A DNA stretch of 64,000 nucleotides from Thioalkalivibrionaceae bacterium. Lineage in GTDB: Bacteria > Pseudomonadota > Gammaproteobacteria > Ectothiorhodospirales > Ectothiorhodospiraceae. Made by a program: the position numbers and the translations under genes. Of this stretch, positions 19,418 to 30,879 are shown piece by piece. The stretch spans positions 43,839-107,838 of the forward strand of contig JBKBII010000007.1 in assembly GCA_046299415.1 (NCBI GenBank), written 5' to 3'. How positions within the stretch are numbered: position 1 is the stretch's first letter; each line of letters starts with the position of its first letter. Below the pieces are notes generated by a model. The model was not told the DNA's origin and ran no database searches. It saw only the letters and a list, made by a program, of their open reading frames with translations.

Positions 19418-21558
19418 GCCGCAGCACCAGTGAGGCCCGTGTGACGCAGCAAGGCTTCGACATTCGGCTCGCGGCCACGAAATGCGATGAACGAGTCCAT
19501 GGCCGGTCGCGAGGCGCCAACAGCTAGAATCTCACGTCGAAACGCTTGACCGATTTCGGGGTTGTCGAGACCTTCTTCTTCGAAACGGGAAAAGGCGTCG
19601 GCTGATAGGACCTCGGCCCATTTATAGCTGTAATAACCTGCGGCATAACCGCCTGCAAAGATATGGCTGAACGCGTGCGGGAACCGATGCCAGCTGGGTG
19701 GGCGAATGACGGCCACCTCGTTTCGTACCTGATCGAGGATCGCAAGAACGCCGGCGACGTCTTCTGGTGGCGGTCCCGAATGCAAGCGGAGGTCAAACAA
19801 CGCAAATTCGCATTGCCGAAGGGTCTGCAGCGCTTCGTGGAAATGGCGCGTCGCGAGCAGACGCTGGAAAAGGTCTTCGGGCATTGGCTCACCCGTCTTC
19901 CAGTGACGGGCAAAGTCATCAAGTGCAGTGCGCTGCCAACACCAATTTTCCATGAACTGGCTCGGAAGCTCGACCGCGTCCCACTCGACGCCGGCGATCC
20001 CCGAGATATCGGGGTGATCGATCTCGGTCAGCATGTGATGGAGGCCATGGCCAAATTCATGGAATAGCGTGATGACTTCGTCGTGGGTCAACAACGCCGG
20101 CTTGTCACCGACTGGCGGGGTGGAATTGCAGGTCATATAGGCGACCGGCAACTCGATGCCGTTTTCTCCGCGGCGACGCGTTCGGCACACGTCCATCCAG
20201 GCTCCGCCTCGCTTGTTTTGACGCGCGTAGAGGTCTAGATAGAAGCCTGCGCGCGGGCCGCCGTCGGGATCGCGCACCTCATAAAACCGAACGTCCGGAT
20301 CATAAACCGCGACGTCGAGTGTGCTGGGTCTGATGTTGACACCGAACAGCCGCTCGACTTGCTTGAACAAGCCGTCGATGACCGCTTCGGCGGGAAAGTA
20401 TTGGCGCAGCTCTTCTTGATTCAGGGCGAAGCGTTCGCGACGGATTTTTTCCGCGTAAAACGCTTGGTCCCAGGGCTCGAGTTGGTCGATGCCATCAGCC
20501 GTCGCACGGCTCGCCAGGTCATCAAGTTCACGCTCCGCATGGGGACGTGCCTTGGTCGCAAGGTCGAGCAGAAAACCTTCGATCTGATCCAGCGTGTCGG
20601 CCATTTTGGTGGCTAGAGACCGCTCGGTGTAGTTGGAGAAACCGGTCAAGGCAGCTTTTTCGGCACGTAGCTTGAGAATTTTCAACATCAGCGGACCGTT
20701 ATCGAAAGAGCTCGCAGTATCGGCTTGATCGGAAGCGCGGGTTGCAAAAGCGCGATAAACCTCGGCGCGTAAATCGCGGTTTTCCGCATAGGTCATCACA
20801 GCGGCATAGCTGGGATAATCCAACGTCGCGAGATAACCTTTTTGATTCCGTCTAGAAGCGTTTTGAGCAAGAAGCGCGCGTTCATCGTCGGGCAGCCCGG
20901 CGATGTCGTCGCCTGTCAGGGGCCTGACCCATTGCTGAGTTGCGTCCAGAACGTGGTTTTCGAAATCAGTGGTGAGTCTGGACAGTTCAGCGTTGATCGC
21001 TTTCAGGCGTTCTCTGGTCGCGTCGTCACGATCGACGCCCGCGAGGCGGAAACCGGTCAACGCGTCATCGAGCAATTTGATCTGGGCCAGGTCAAGGTTC
21101 AGTTGATCGGCGCGACGGCGGAGGCTTTCGTAGAGCCGAAAGAGTCCTCGATGCTGAGAGAGCGCGGTACCGTGGTCAGATAGCAATGCAGATATTTCGC
21201 TGTGGGCATCGCGGAGCGCCGCGCTGTTTTTGACGCTATGCAAGTGACGCAAAGGCGACCACGCTCGATTCAAACGATCTTCGAGCGCGCTCAGGGGCTC
21301 GATGAAGCTTTCCCACGTAGGTTCAGCGGGTGTCGCAGTTTGCGCTCGGTCGGAGCGCTCGTGATCGTTGACGAGCGTTTCGATGCTCTCACGAATTTCG
21401 GTAATCAGCGCGGCCATAGTCGAGATCAAACAGCCTTCTTCGGAAAGCGCCTCCAGGCGGGCAAAATCAGGCAGTGCAAACGGTCCCGCGTGATGTTCTT
21501 GGGTCAATGGAGAGATTGTCTCGGCGTTCTCATACACGGGCTGACAGTTTTCGGTCAT
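19414..21558 (-). CDS. prlC: oligopeptidase A (M3 metallopeptidase)
   Basis: 714 aa with zinc motif TLFHEFGHGLHHM and M3-family C-terminal blocks (FAGGYAAGYYSYKWAEVLSADAF). Confidence 0.92.
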   Translation of the reverse strand: MTENCQPVYENAETISPLTQEHHAGPFALPDFARLEALSEEGCLISTMAALITEIRESIETLVNDHERSDRAQTATPAEPTWESFIEPLSALEDRLNRAWSPLRHLHSVKNSAALRDAHSEISALLSDHGTALSQHRGLFRLYESLRRRADQLNLDLAQIKLLDDALTGFRLAGVDRDDATRERLKAINAELSRLTTDFENHVLDATQQWVRPLTGDDIAGLPDDERALLAQNASRRNQKGYLATLDYPSYAAVMTYAENRDLRAEVYRAFATRASDQADTASSFDNGPLMLKILKLRAEKAALTGFSNYTERSLATKMADTLDQIEGFLLDLATKARPHAERELDDLASRATADGIDQLEPWDQAFYAEKIRRERFALNQEELRQYFPAEAVIDGLFKQVERLFGVNIRPSTLDVAVYDPDVRFYEVRDPDGGPRAGFYLDLYARQNKRGGAWMDVCRTRRRGENGIELPVAYMTCNSTPPVGDKPALLTHDEVITLFHEFGHGLHHMLTEIDHPDISGIAGVEWDAVELPSQFMENWCWQRTALDDFARHWKTGEPMPEDLFQRLLATRHFHEALQTLRQCEFALFDLRLHSGPPPEDVAGVLAILDQVRNEVAVIRPPSWHRFPHAFSHIFAGGYAAGYYSYKWAEVLSADAFSRFEEEGLDNPEIGQAFRREILAVGASRPAMDSFIAFRGREPNVEALLRHTGLTGAAA

Positions 21559-21890
21559 GTTGGCACTCGGAGGTTGATCAAGTGATTAACGTTGGATCGA
21601 CGTGCGCAGTGTTGACGGCGGCCGGCAACGATTGCCGGCGTCGTGAGACAAAGAATTGATTAGGCGGGTTCGTTTTCGCTGCACGCGAATACTCACGCTA
21701 GCGTGTCGGTCGGCCCAGATCGTGTGGCGTTCGTTCGTGTCGGGTGGAAAATCGGTCGAGGAATCAAGCTCCAACGGGGTCTGAGTCGACGGCTTAGCGA
21801 TCGCTAGGATCGTCTGGCGGGCCGGTGACTTCACCACCGCTACGGTCTCGAGCGCGATTCCCGGACTAAGGCATGAGCTAAAAGCACCTA

Positions 21891-22847
21891 TCAAAGCATT
21901 GGAGTCATCGCGATGATGCTAAGCGCGAGAGCGGCTGTGAATGCGACGAATCCGAGAGCGATGTGCCACCGCAGGCGATTGAGAATTCTCTTTTCTGACT
22001 CGCATGCGATCAAAAACTGCCCCGACGGCAACGCCGTCGTCCCCCGTTTCCCGCGCGACAGCACGTGCCACTCGTCAACGGCGCGTGCCTCGCGTTCGCG
22101 CACGATCTGATGATCGGCAATACGGGCGGCCATTGCCCTGATTCGTGTCCAAGCGAGCGGCGTGAAATCACCCTTCGCGTCTCGTTCAAAGCTCGCGAGC
22201 GCCGCAGGTGGCTCGCGTTTCCACGCGGCAAGCAGTTGAGCAATCGTCTGCTGTCGTTGAGCATCGGGATCTGCACGCTGGGTCTCTAGCACCCCGTAGA
22301 TAAGACAATCACTGTGTTCAAGGATCAATTCTTCGCTGTAGATGTACTGTTTACCGAGGCCAGAAACCGGGCGCATCGCTAAGGCTGCCCAAGGGTGAGT
22401 ACTAGCGGTTCGTGTCGGTTCACCGACCAGAGGTGGGCGCGGCGTTGATCCGGTCCAGCGTGAACGCTTGGCGAAGAAGAGTCTTGCGCCGTCTGGGTCG
22501 ACAACGACGGTTCCAGATCCGTCCGTTAACGCAAATAAGTCGTCAGATACTCCTGATTCAACGAGACGTCGCTTACGATTTCCATTACCGCCTCTCTTCT
22601 CAATGGTAAACCGATACCAAACGCAGGGCGTTAACGTCAACGGAGAGTAAATAGGCGGGCCCGGCAGGAGTCGCGTTTTGCCCTCGACCTGCACGATTCC
22701 TTGGGCTGCGGAACGGATCCGGCTCGTCGGTGTTCCGGCAATTCGGCGCTCCAGGGCAACCTCCCCAAGAAACCGACGGCCGAGGATGGCCATCACGATT
22801 ATGGCGGCCGCCGCGGCGATCCAGAATGGGAATCCGTCGTCAAACAC
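21891..22847 (-). CDS. two-TM membrane protein, GIDE-like (PF12483-type) domain, function unknown
   Basis: 318-aa ORF with N- and C-terminal hydrophobic helices. IRSAAQGIVQVEGK...SPLTLTPCVWYRFTIEK...LFALTDGSGTVVVDPDGA resembles bacterial GIDE-domain proteins that commonly follow lemA. Family call is from memory only. Confidence 0.55.
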   Translation of the reverse strand: MFDDGFPFWIAAAAAIIVMAILGRRFLGEVALERRIAGTPTSRIRSAAQGIVQVEGKTRLLPGPPIYSPLTLTPCVWYRFTIEKRGGNGNRKRRLVESGVSDDLFALTDGSGTVVVDPDGARLFFAKRSRWTGSTPRPPLVGEPTRTASTHPWAALAMRPVSGLGKQYIYSEELILEHSDCLIYGVLETQRADPDAQRQQTIAQLLAAWKREPPAALASFERDAKGDFTPLAWTRIRAMAARIADHQIVREREARAVDEWHVLSRGKRGTTALPSGQFLIACESEKRILNRLRWHIALGFVAFTAALALSIIAMTPML

Positions 22848-23124
22848 GATGCAGTATCTCTGGCTTCTGTGTCGGGCACTTTTCGTGATGAGGTTTGAGG
22901 GTCTCTACAAAAGGAAAGGGATCCGGATTCTCACAACCTGGCACAGCGCCTGAGGTGGAAAGCCTGCACCGCGGCCTCAATTCCAGGCCTCCGCTTATCG
23001 TAGGGTTCAATTGGCGCTTGGCAATTGGTCCCGCTCGACCCGTCGTTGAGCCGCAGGGCTAGTCCGACTTCGACGACGGATTGCGTGGAACAATAACGAA
23101 TAAGCTCAGGTCGCAGTGACCGTG

Positions 23125-23712
23125 TCAACGTTTTCGGGCGCTATCAAATAGCGCCGAGACGTCGACGTCCTTGATTTCTACGGGGTCGAATTCAAGGAGT
23201 TCAAAAGGCGTAAAACCCAACAGTCGCGCCACGACGATATCTGGGAATTGCTGGATTTTGACGTTGTTTCGATAGACCGAGTCGTTGTAGAACTCGCGAC
23301 GATCCGCGATGGCGTTTTCAAGCCCTGTGACGCGGGAGGCGAGACGTTGAAAAGACTCGGCAGCTCTTAGCTCTGGATAAGCCTCCGCAACAGCGAACAA
23401 GTTGCCTAAGCCAACCCTTATAGCGCCTTCAGCTTGACCCAGTCCTTCCAAGTCGTTTTTTTTTAGGGCTGTTTCTGCTTTCGCACGTGCTTGCGTGATG
23501 CGCACGAGAGTTTCGTGCTCAAAATCCATGTGCTCCCGAACCGTCGCCACGAGCTTGGTTAGCTCATCGTTCCTCTGTTTCAGTAGGACGTCGATGTTGG
23601 ACCAAGCCTGCGAGACTGCGTGGCGGATTGCGACTAGGGCGTTGTATACGACGACAAAATACAATCCGAGGGCGATGATGACTGCGATGGCGACGATCCA
23701 TGCTTCGTTCAT
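23125..23712 (-). CDS. lemA: LemA family membrane protein
   Basis: 195 aa. N-terminal TM, then YNALVAIRHAVSQAWSNIDVLLKQRNDEL...AYPELRAAESFQRL...ENAIADRREFYNDSVYRNN, the canonical LemA pattern. Confidence 0.9.
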   Translation of the reverse strand: MNEAWIVAIAVIIALGLYFVVVYNALVAIRHAVSQAWSNIDVLLKQRNDELTKLVATVREHMDFEHETLVRITQARAKAETALKKNDLEGLGQAEGAIRVGLGNLFAVAEAYPELRAAESFQRLASRVTGLENAIADRREFYNDSVYRNNVKIQQFPDIVVARLLGFTPFELLEFDPVEIKDVDVSALFDSARKR

Positions 23713-24143
23713 CTCAAGGGTCTCGCTATTGTCCAGATGGGCAGAAGCTAACCAAAAACGCGGGTTCGGAGTTGGCTGGAATCCAACTGCAGCGAAACCG
23801 GGAACGACCAGGCACAGATTAGTTATCTATCGAGTCTGACCTGTCAAAAGCATCGCTCGATGTTTTGTGAGAGTTTACCTGTCGCTTCGTTTTTCGGAGT
23901 AGACGGTCTTCTTGTGGACCAACCATGGCACTGACTGAAAAGATGCTTTCCGACCAAAACGGGCATTTTCAAAACCGCTTTCGGAACGCCGCTCGTTGCG
24001 CGGAAGGCTCGGTTGAAGGATCGAGTCGTCAAGCGACCGCACTCACAGTAGAGACGACATTTTCTCGCGAAATGGATGATTTCTGACGCTCAAACACGAT
24101 GTTCAGAGATGACTAAGTGTCGGCGATTCAACTCGACCCGCCT

Positions 24144-26633
<2,490 letters not shown>

Positions 26634-26727
26634 CTATACAGCGCCACAGGATACGCGGATTCAATGCTCGGCGATGATCAAGTTAGGCTTCTGCTGGTCG
26701 TATCATGAAGTCTAGCAACGCTTCGAG

Positions 26728-26743
26728 TGTTTCACGTGGAACA
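26728..26743. promoter_or_regulatory. parS centromere-like site (ParB binding)
   Basis: TGTTTCACGTGGAACA. Its reverse complement TGTTCCACGTGAAACA is the classical parS 16-mer. Confidence 0.8.
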
Positions 26744-26843
26744 CGGTGTATCGCGACCCTGGCGGCATCGTCTTCCTAGATACGCGCGTGGCACATTTGA
26801 CGGCTTACTCGATAACGTATGGGTGCGCTTCGGCCACCTAAAG

Positions 26844-26859
26844 TGTTTCACGTGAAACA
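26844..26859. promoter_or_regulatory. parS centromere-like site (perfect palindrome)
   Basis: TGTTTCACGTGAAACA, the perfectly palindromic parS consensus, 116 bp (start to start) from the first site. Confidence 0.85.
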
Positions 26860-27021
26860 ACCGCCGCCGCCTAGCTGCTTCCTTCGCCGGTAAAAACCTC
26901 GCAATGTTCAAAAAAGGCGTCTTTTGGATAAAAAAGCCCAGCCCGGTTTGGAAATCTGTGTAGCCCTGGCTACAGGTCCTCGCGTCAGCTTATCAATCTC
27001 GACACCCCCAGGCCGAAAAGC

Positions 27022-28134
27022 CTAGAGCCTGATCGGCATCACCACGTACCGTGCGTTGGGCACACTAGGAATATCGACTCTCGCCGAGGACGCTGAATCC
27101 CTTAAAGACAAAAGCACATCCTCGTCGCCGGCGAGGGTTAACACGTCAATCAAGTATTGGGGATTGAAACCAATTTCGAGATTTTCTTGCTCAATCTGAG
27201 CCTTAACGCTCTCGAAGGCTTCATTGTGATCCGACGACGAACGGACGACGATCTCAGATCCATCGAATTTAAGTCTCACGGATTGATTTCGGTCGTTCGC
27301 CACCAAAGAGACCCGCTGGATCGCTTTCAGGAGATCTGATGCCGAAACTGAGACGGGCTTTTCCTGTTTCTTCGGGATGACCCGTTCGTAGTCCGGATAT
27401 TTTCCTTCGATCAGTCTGAAATCGAACCGATCGGTTCCAAGGAAAACCGAACCGCTGCTCTGCCCCAACCGAAGCTGGATATTGTCCGAGAAACCAGACA
27501 AGTTCCTACGAATTTCCGCAATAGCCCGCCGCGGTATGATCGCGGAAACGCTCGCGTTGTTTTCCAACGTAATGGTATCGACCCAATGCGCGAGCCGATG
27601 ACCGTCCGTCGCGACGATATGAATCGAACCGCCCTCGACCGAGATCAAGATACCCTCGAGAAAATACCGAACGTCCTTGACCGCCATGGCAAAACTCGTT
27701 GCATCAAGCCAACGACGCAAGTCTTCGGCAGCGACATCGAGAGCAATATCCTCGCTTTCGTCCGCGACGCTCCACATCAGGCGATCTTCAAATGCGACGA
27801 TCGACAGGCCAAACGTAGATCTTCCGTACACCACTTCGATTTTGTCCTGCTTAACCGAAAACTCCACATCAGCTTCGCTTGGAGCCTGACGGAGTACGTC
27901 GAGAAGCAGTTTGCCTTGAACAGCAATGCGAAAATGCTCGTCACATGAAAATTCGTCAGTCGATGCTTGCCATGCGATCTCACCGTCTGTGCCATCGAAA
28001 ACAAGCCGTCCATCGCTCGACTGTATGCCGATCAAACCGGGTGGAAGGCTTTGCGACGCTGATTTTCGCTCTGTCGCTCCCGTTACTCGGCTCAGTGCCG
28101 GCAACAAAGCTTCCTTGCGAGCGCGAAGTTTCAT
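27022..28134 (-). CDS. dnaN: DNA polymerase III beta sliding clamp
   Basis: 370 aa. MKLRARKEALLPALSRV...ATDGHRLA...LIEGKYPDYERVIP...YVVMPIRL. Sits between dnaA and gyrB. Confidence 0.95.
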   Translation of the reverse strand: MKLRARKEALLPALSRVTGATERKSASQSLPPGLIGIQSSDGRLVFDGTDGEIAWQASTDEFSCDEHFRIAVQGKLLLDVLRQAPSEADVEFSVKQDKIEVVYGRSTFGLSIVAFEDRLMWSVADESEDIALDVAAEDLRRWLDATSFAMAVKDVRYFLEGILISVEGGSIHIVATDGHRLAHWVDTITLENNASVSAIIPRRAIAEIRRNLSGFSDNIQLRLGQSSGSVFLGTDRFDFRLIEGKYPDYERVIPKKQEKPVSVSASDLLKAIQRVSLVANDRNQSVRLKFDGSEIVVRSSSDHNEAFESVKAQIEQENLEIGFNPQYLIDVLTLAGDEDVLLSLRDSASSARVDIPSVPNARYVVMPIRL

Positions 28135-28444
28135 GCACGACTCCTGTTAAAAGAATGTACTTAGAAAGAACTTTGTTTTTAGACGTGTGTGTAACCAATG
28201 GATTAAAAAAACCTTTCGGGAATATCAACGACTTGTTGAGGAACTGCGCCGAAAAAAGCTGTGAATAACGTGTGGGGCCTGAATGAACTATTTTTCTCCC
28301 ACAACCGGAGCTCGTGCGCAAACGACCTGTTATGCACAAATGTTCCGGGTTTATACACTGCTTCCAAGCGCGCAATACGTCAGGAAAATTTGAGTGCTCG
28401 CTGAGCGTGTGTGCCTGGGAGCGCACGTCGACGTGTGCAGCGAA
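28135..28444. other. candidate chromosomal replication origin (oriC) or origin sub-region in the dnaA-dnaN spacer
   Basis: 310-bp spacer where these genes are often nearly contiguous. 28141-28260 is about 37% GC by hand count (44/120) in a roughly 60% GC window. Two exact TTATNCACA DnaA boxes: TGTGAATAA at 28260-28268 (reverse strand) and TTATGCACA at 28330-28338. Two 8/9 matches: TTATACACT at 28351-28359 and TGTGTGTAA at 28186-28194. Confidence 0.45.
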
Positions 28445-30016
28445 CTAGCCCAGGCTCCTTAGGAGGGTTTGATAATCCGAGTCAAACTTCCGGTCGTCCG
28501 AACGTAACGCTTTAACGCGTTTTACGGCGTGAATGACGGTCGTATGGTCTCGACCGCCAAAAGCGGCTCCGATCTCCGGGAGTGAATGTTGGGTCAACTC
28601 TTTAGCGAGCGCCATAGCCATCTGTCGAGGTCGTGTGATCGATTGACTGCGTTTGTGTGAATGCAGGTCAGCGACCTTCAGGTTGTAAAACTCGGCGACC
28701 GTTTTTTGAATGTTTTCAAGCGAAACCGCGCGGTCATGCGCAGCCAAGAGATCTCGCAACGCGTCGCGGACCATATCAACTGAGATCTCTGTCCGCGTGA
28801 ATCGCGCATTGGCGATGACTTTTCTTAAAGCACCCTCAAGCTCGCGTATGTTCGACTGGATTCGCTTTGCCATGAAAAAAGCAACATCGTCAGGAAGTAG
28901 GATCCCTGACCCTTCAGCTTTGCGTTGCAGAATCGCGACTCGTGTTTCCAACTCTGGTGGTTCAATTTGGGCCGTGACACCCCAACTAAATCGGGACTTG
29001 AGGCGTTCCTCGAGCCCCTCAAGGTCTTTTGGGTACCGATCAGATGTCAAGATGACCTGTTGCGAATTCTCGATCAAGGCGTTGAAGGTATGGAAAAACT
29101 CTTCCTGACTTCTTTCCTTGTTCGCAAAAAACTGGATGTCGTCAATCAACAAGGCTGTGGCGCTGCGATAGTGAGCCTTAAAAGCGTCGGCGGCGTTGTG
29201 TCGCAAGGCCTTGACCATGTCTTGAACAAATTTTTCGGACGCGAGATACAGCACTCGTCCGGAGGGAACACGTTCGAGGATCGCGTTCCCGATCGCGTGC
29301 ATCAGATGAGTTTTGCCGAGACCTACACCGCCGTAGATAAACAATGGGTTGTACGACGTTCCCGGATTCTGAGCGACCTGAAGGCTTGTCGCACGCGCAA
29401 ACTGATTCGACTTTCCCTCGATGAAATTATCGAATGTGAAGTGCGGATTGATTGATCTCTCGGCGGTAAACTCAGGTTCTTGCCCACCACTGATTCGGGC
29501 CAAAGGAGCAAAGCCTCTTGCCACGGCCTGCGAAGCGAGGGTCCCGTGTGCGGGTGACGCGCTTTCGGTCGCTCCAGATCGATGAGAGTGGTTAGAGGAA
29601 CCAGTACCACTGTTGCGCTCTCCGAGAAGCGTCCTTTGTGTCGGCTCACCGGAAAAAGGTCGCGCTTTATCGCCTTCCTCAGGCAGTGATCGACACACCG
29701 TTAGCTGATCCGGGCCTTCATCGTCGACCGTGATTCTCAACGCGTCGAGTTCTGGTCCCGCGCATCGTGCCAATGCAATCTGAATATCTTCAAGGAGCTG
29801 GTTTTCAATGTATTCGCGCACGAAACGGTTGGGCGCGAACAGCCAGAGTGTTCCCTCAATCATCTGTGGCCGCAGCGGCCTCAGCCACGTGACGACGCTA
29901 CGACTGTCGAGAGACTCGCTCAGAATCGCAAGGCATCGCGCCCACAGCTCACAGGGTTCAGAAGTAGGGCCAATTCGGCTATCTACGACGTTAGAAGAAG
30001 GCGGTTCTTTGTGCAT
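28445..30016 (-). CDS. dnaA: chromosomal replication initiator protein DnaA
   Basis: 523 aa. Long variable domain II, then FDNFIEGKSNQFA, NPLFIYGGVGLGKTHLM (Walker A), LLIDDIQF, LTSDRYP, and C-terminal DNA-binding RPRQMAMALAKELT...IGAAFGGRDHTTV. Confidence 0.97.
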   Translation of the reverse strand: MHKEPPSSNVVDSRIGPTSEPCELWARCLAILSESLDSRSVVTWLRPLRPQMIEGTLWLFAPNRFVREYIENQLLEDIQIALARCAGPELDALRITVDDEGPDQLTVCRSLPEEGDKARPFSGEPTQRTLLGERNSGTGSSNHSHRSGATESASPAHGTLASQAVARGFAPLARISGGQEPEFTAERSINPHFTFDNFIEGKSNQFARATSLQVAQNPGTSYNPLFIYGGVGLGKTHLMHAIGNAILERVPSGRVLYLASEKFVQDMVKALRHNAADAFKAHYRSATALLIDDIQFFANKERSQEEFFHTFNALIENSQQVILTSDRYPKDLEGLEERLKSRFSWGVTAQIEPPELETRVAILQRKAEGSGILLPDDVAFFMAKRIQSNIRELEGALRKVIANARFTRTEISVDMVRDALRDLLAAHDRAVSLENIQKTVAEFYNLKVADLHSHKRSQSITRPRQMAMALAKELTQHSLPEIGAAFGGRDHTTVIHAVKRVKALRSDDRKFDSDYQTLLRSLG

Positions 30017-30744
30017 GTAGTTCCAACAGCAGTGGACGCATTTCCGGTAAACGAAGGCCGACGCATGAAAAGCACGCGCATCGCATCATGGATCCGGGAT
30101 TCTGTGCCTCGACTGAAACAGCGCGAGGCAGAGACTCCGACGGAGACCACCTGATCGAGTACGTTTCGCGCAGCGCTGGGCCGAGGCGCTTTCAGCTTTA
30201 GCGACGGATAAGCCACCAGTGTCTCGCTAAAATTGCATGCCCCCTTGCGACAAGCAACTCGGGTCGCGTATCTTACCCGACCCATTTGAATCTGATCCCC
30301 TGGTATTGACGTACGGTCGTGGTGATGTCCGCGTCGAGTACTTGGCAGGAAAAACGCTGCGCTGTTTCGAACGCGTCTGAACAGTTGGCATTTACGCGCT
30401 TAGCAAACCGCAACGAACAGCTGGAAGTCTTTGGATAAAGCCACGACCCGCACTGATAACATGACCGCATGAAACGCATTTGGGAGCACCCGATTTAGCG
30501 TAGGCCTGCAGCAATCCGTCTGAACTCGCGTGAATCTAGCGTTTACTCTCGCACCTAAATGCCGCAACGAACTGCTGTTTTCGTGAAGCCGCAAAAATGC
30601 GACGGACTATGACTCCTCAAGCGGCCTTTCGAAAGGCTACGATATCGCGACTTTGTGTGCTGAACAAAAATACCGAGCTAACGACGTTGGCCAACGCCGA
30701 TGTTCGTCAATTGAGCCTACCGACCTGCAAATCTGGATTCGACA

Positions 30745-30879
30745 ATGAAACGTACCTTTCAGCCCAGCAAACTTCATCGCGCACGCACGCACGGTTTTCG
30801 CGCACGTATGGCGACTCGTAATGGCCGAAAAATTTTGAATGCGCGCCGCGCCAAGGGGCGTAAACGCCTCTGCCCGTAA
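30745..30879 (+). CDS. rpmH: 50S ribosomal protein L34
   Basis: Too short for the ORF track. Hand translation gives [44 protein letters not shown], then TAA at 30877-30879. Coordinates were cross-checked against the frame of track ORF 30597..30821. Confidence 0.95.
   Translation: MKRTFQPSKLHRARTHGFRARMATRNGRKILNARRAKGRKRLCP

Noticed and set aside
21586-21894. 102-aa minus-strand ORF whose TTG start overlaps the stop of the GIDE-like gene (TTGA).
   Set aside because: Second-position GC of about 56% by hand count is atypical for coding sequence here. TTG start, no motifs. It may deserve a gene-caller check but is not supportable.
22931-23128. 65-aa minus-strand ORF in the LemA / GIDE-like gap, starting at a TTG that overlaps the lemA stop.
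   Set aside because: Short, non-ATG start, no motif. It more likely lies in a non-coding intergenic region.
23771-23787. GTTGG-CTGGAAT-CCAAC looks like an anticodon arm (U33, purine 37, anticodon GGA).
   Set aside because: No D-arm GG, T-arm GTTCRA or acceptor pairing in the flanks, so it is not a tRNA.
30731-30744. CTGGATTCGAC just upstream of the rpmH ATG resembles the 5' end of tmRNA. GCAAACGAT at 59077-59085 resembles the start of a tmRNA tag reading frame.
   Set aside because: No GGGG acceptor start, no tRNA-like 3' end (GGTTCGAATCC...CCA) nearby, and the supposed tag frame does not terminate in an ALAA-type peptide.
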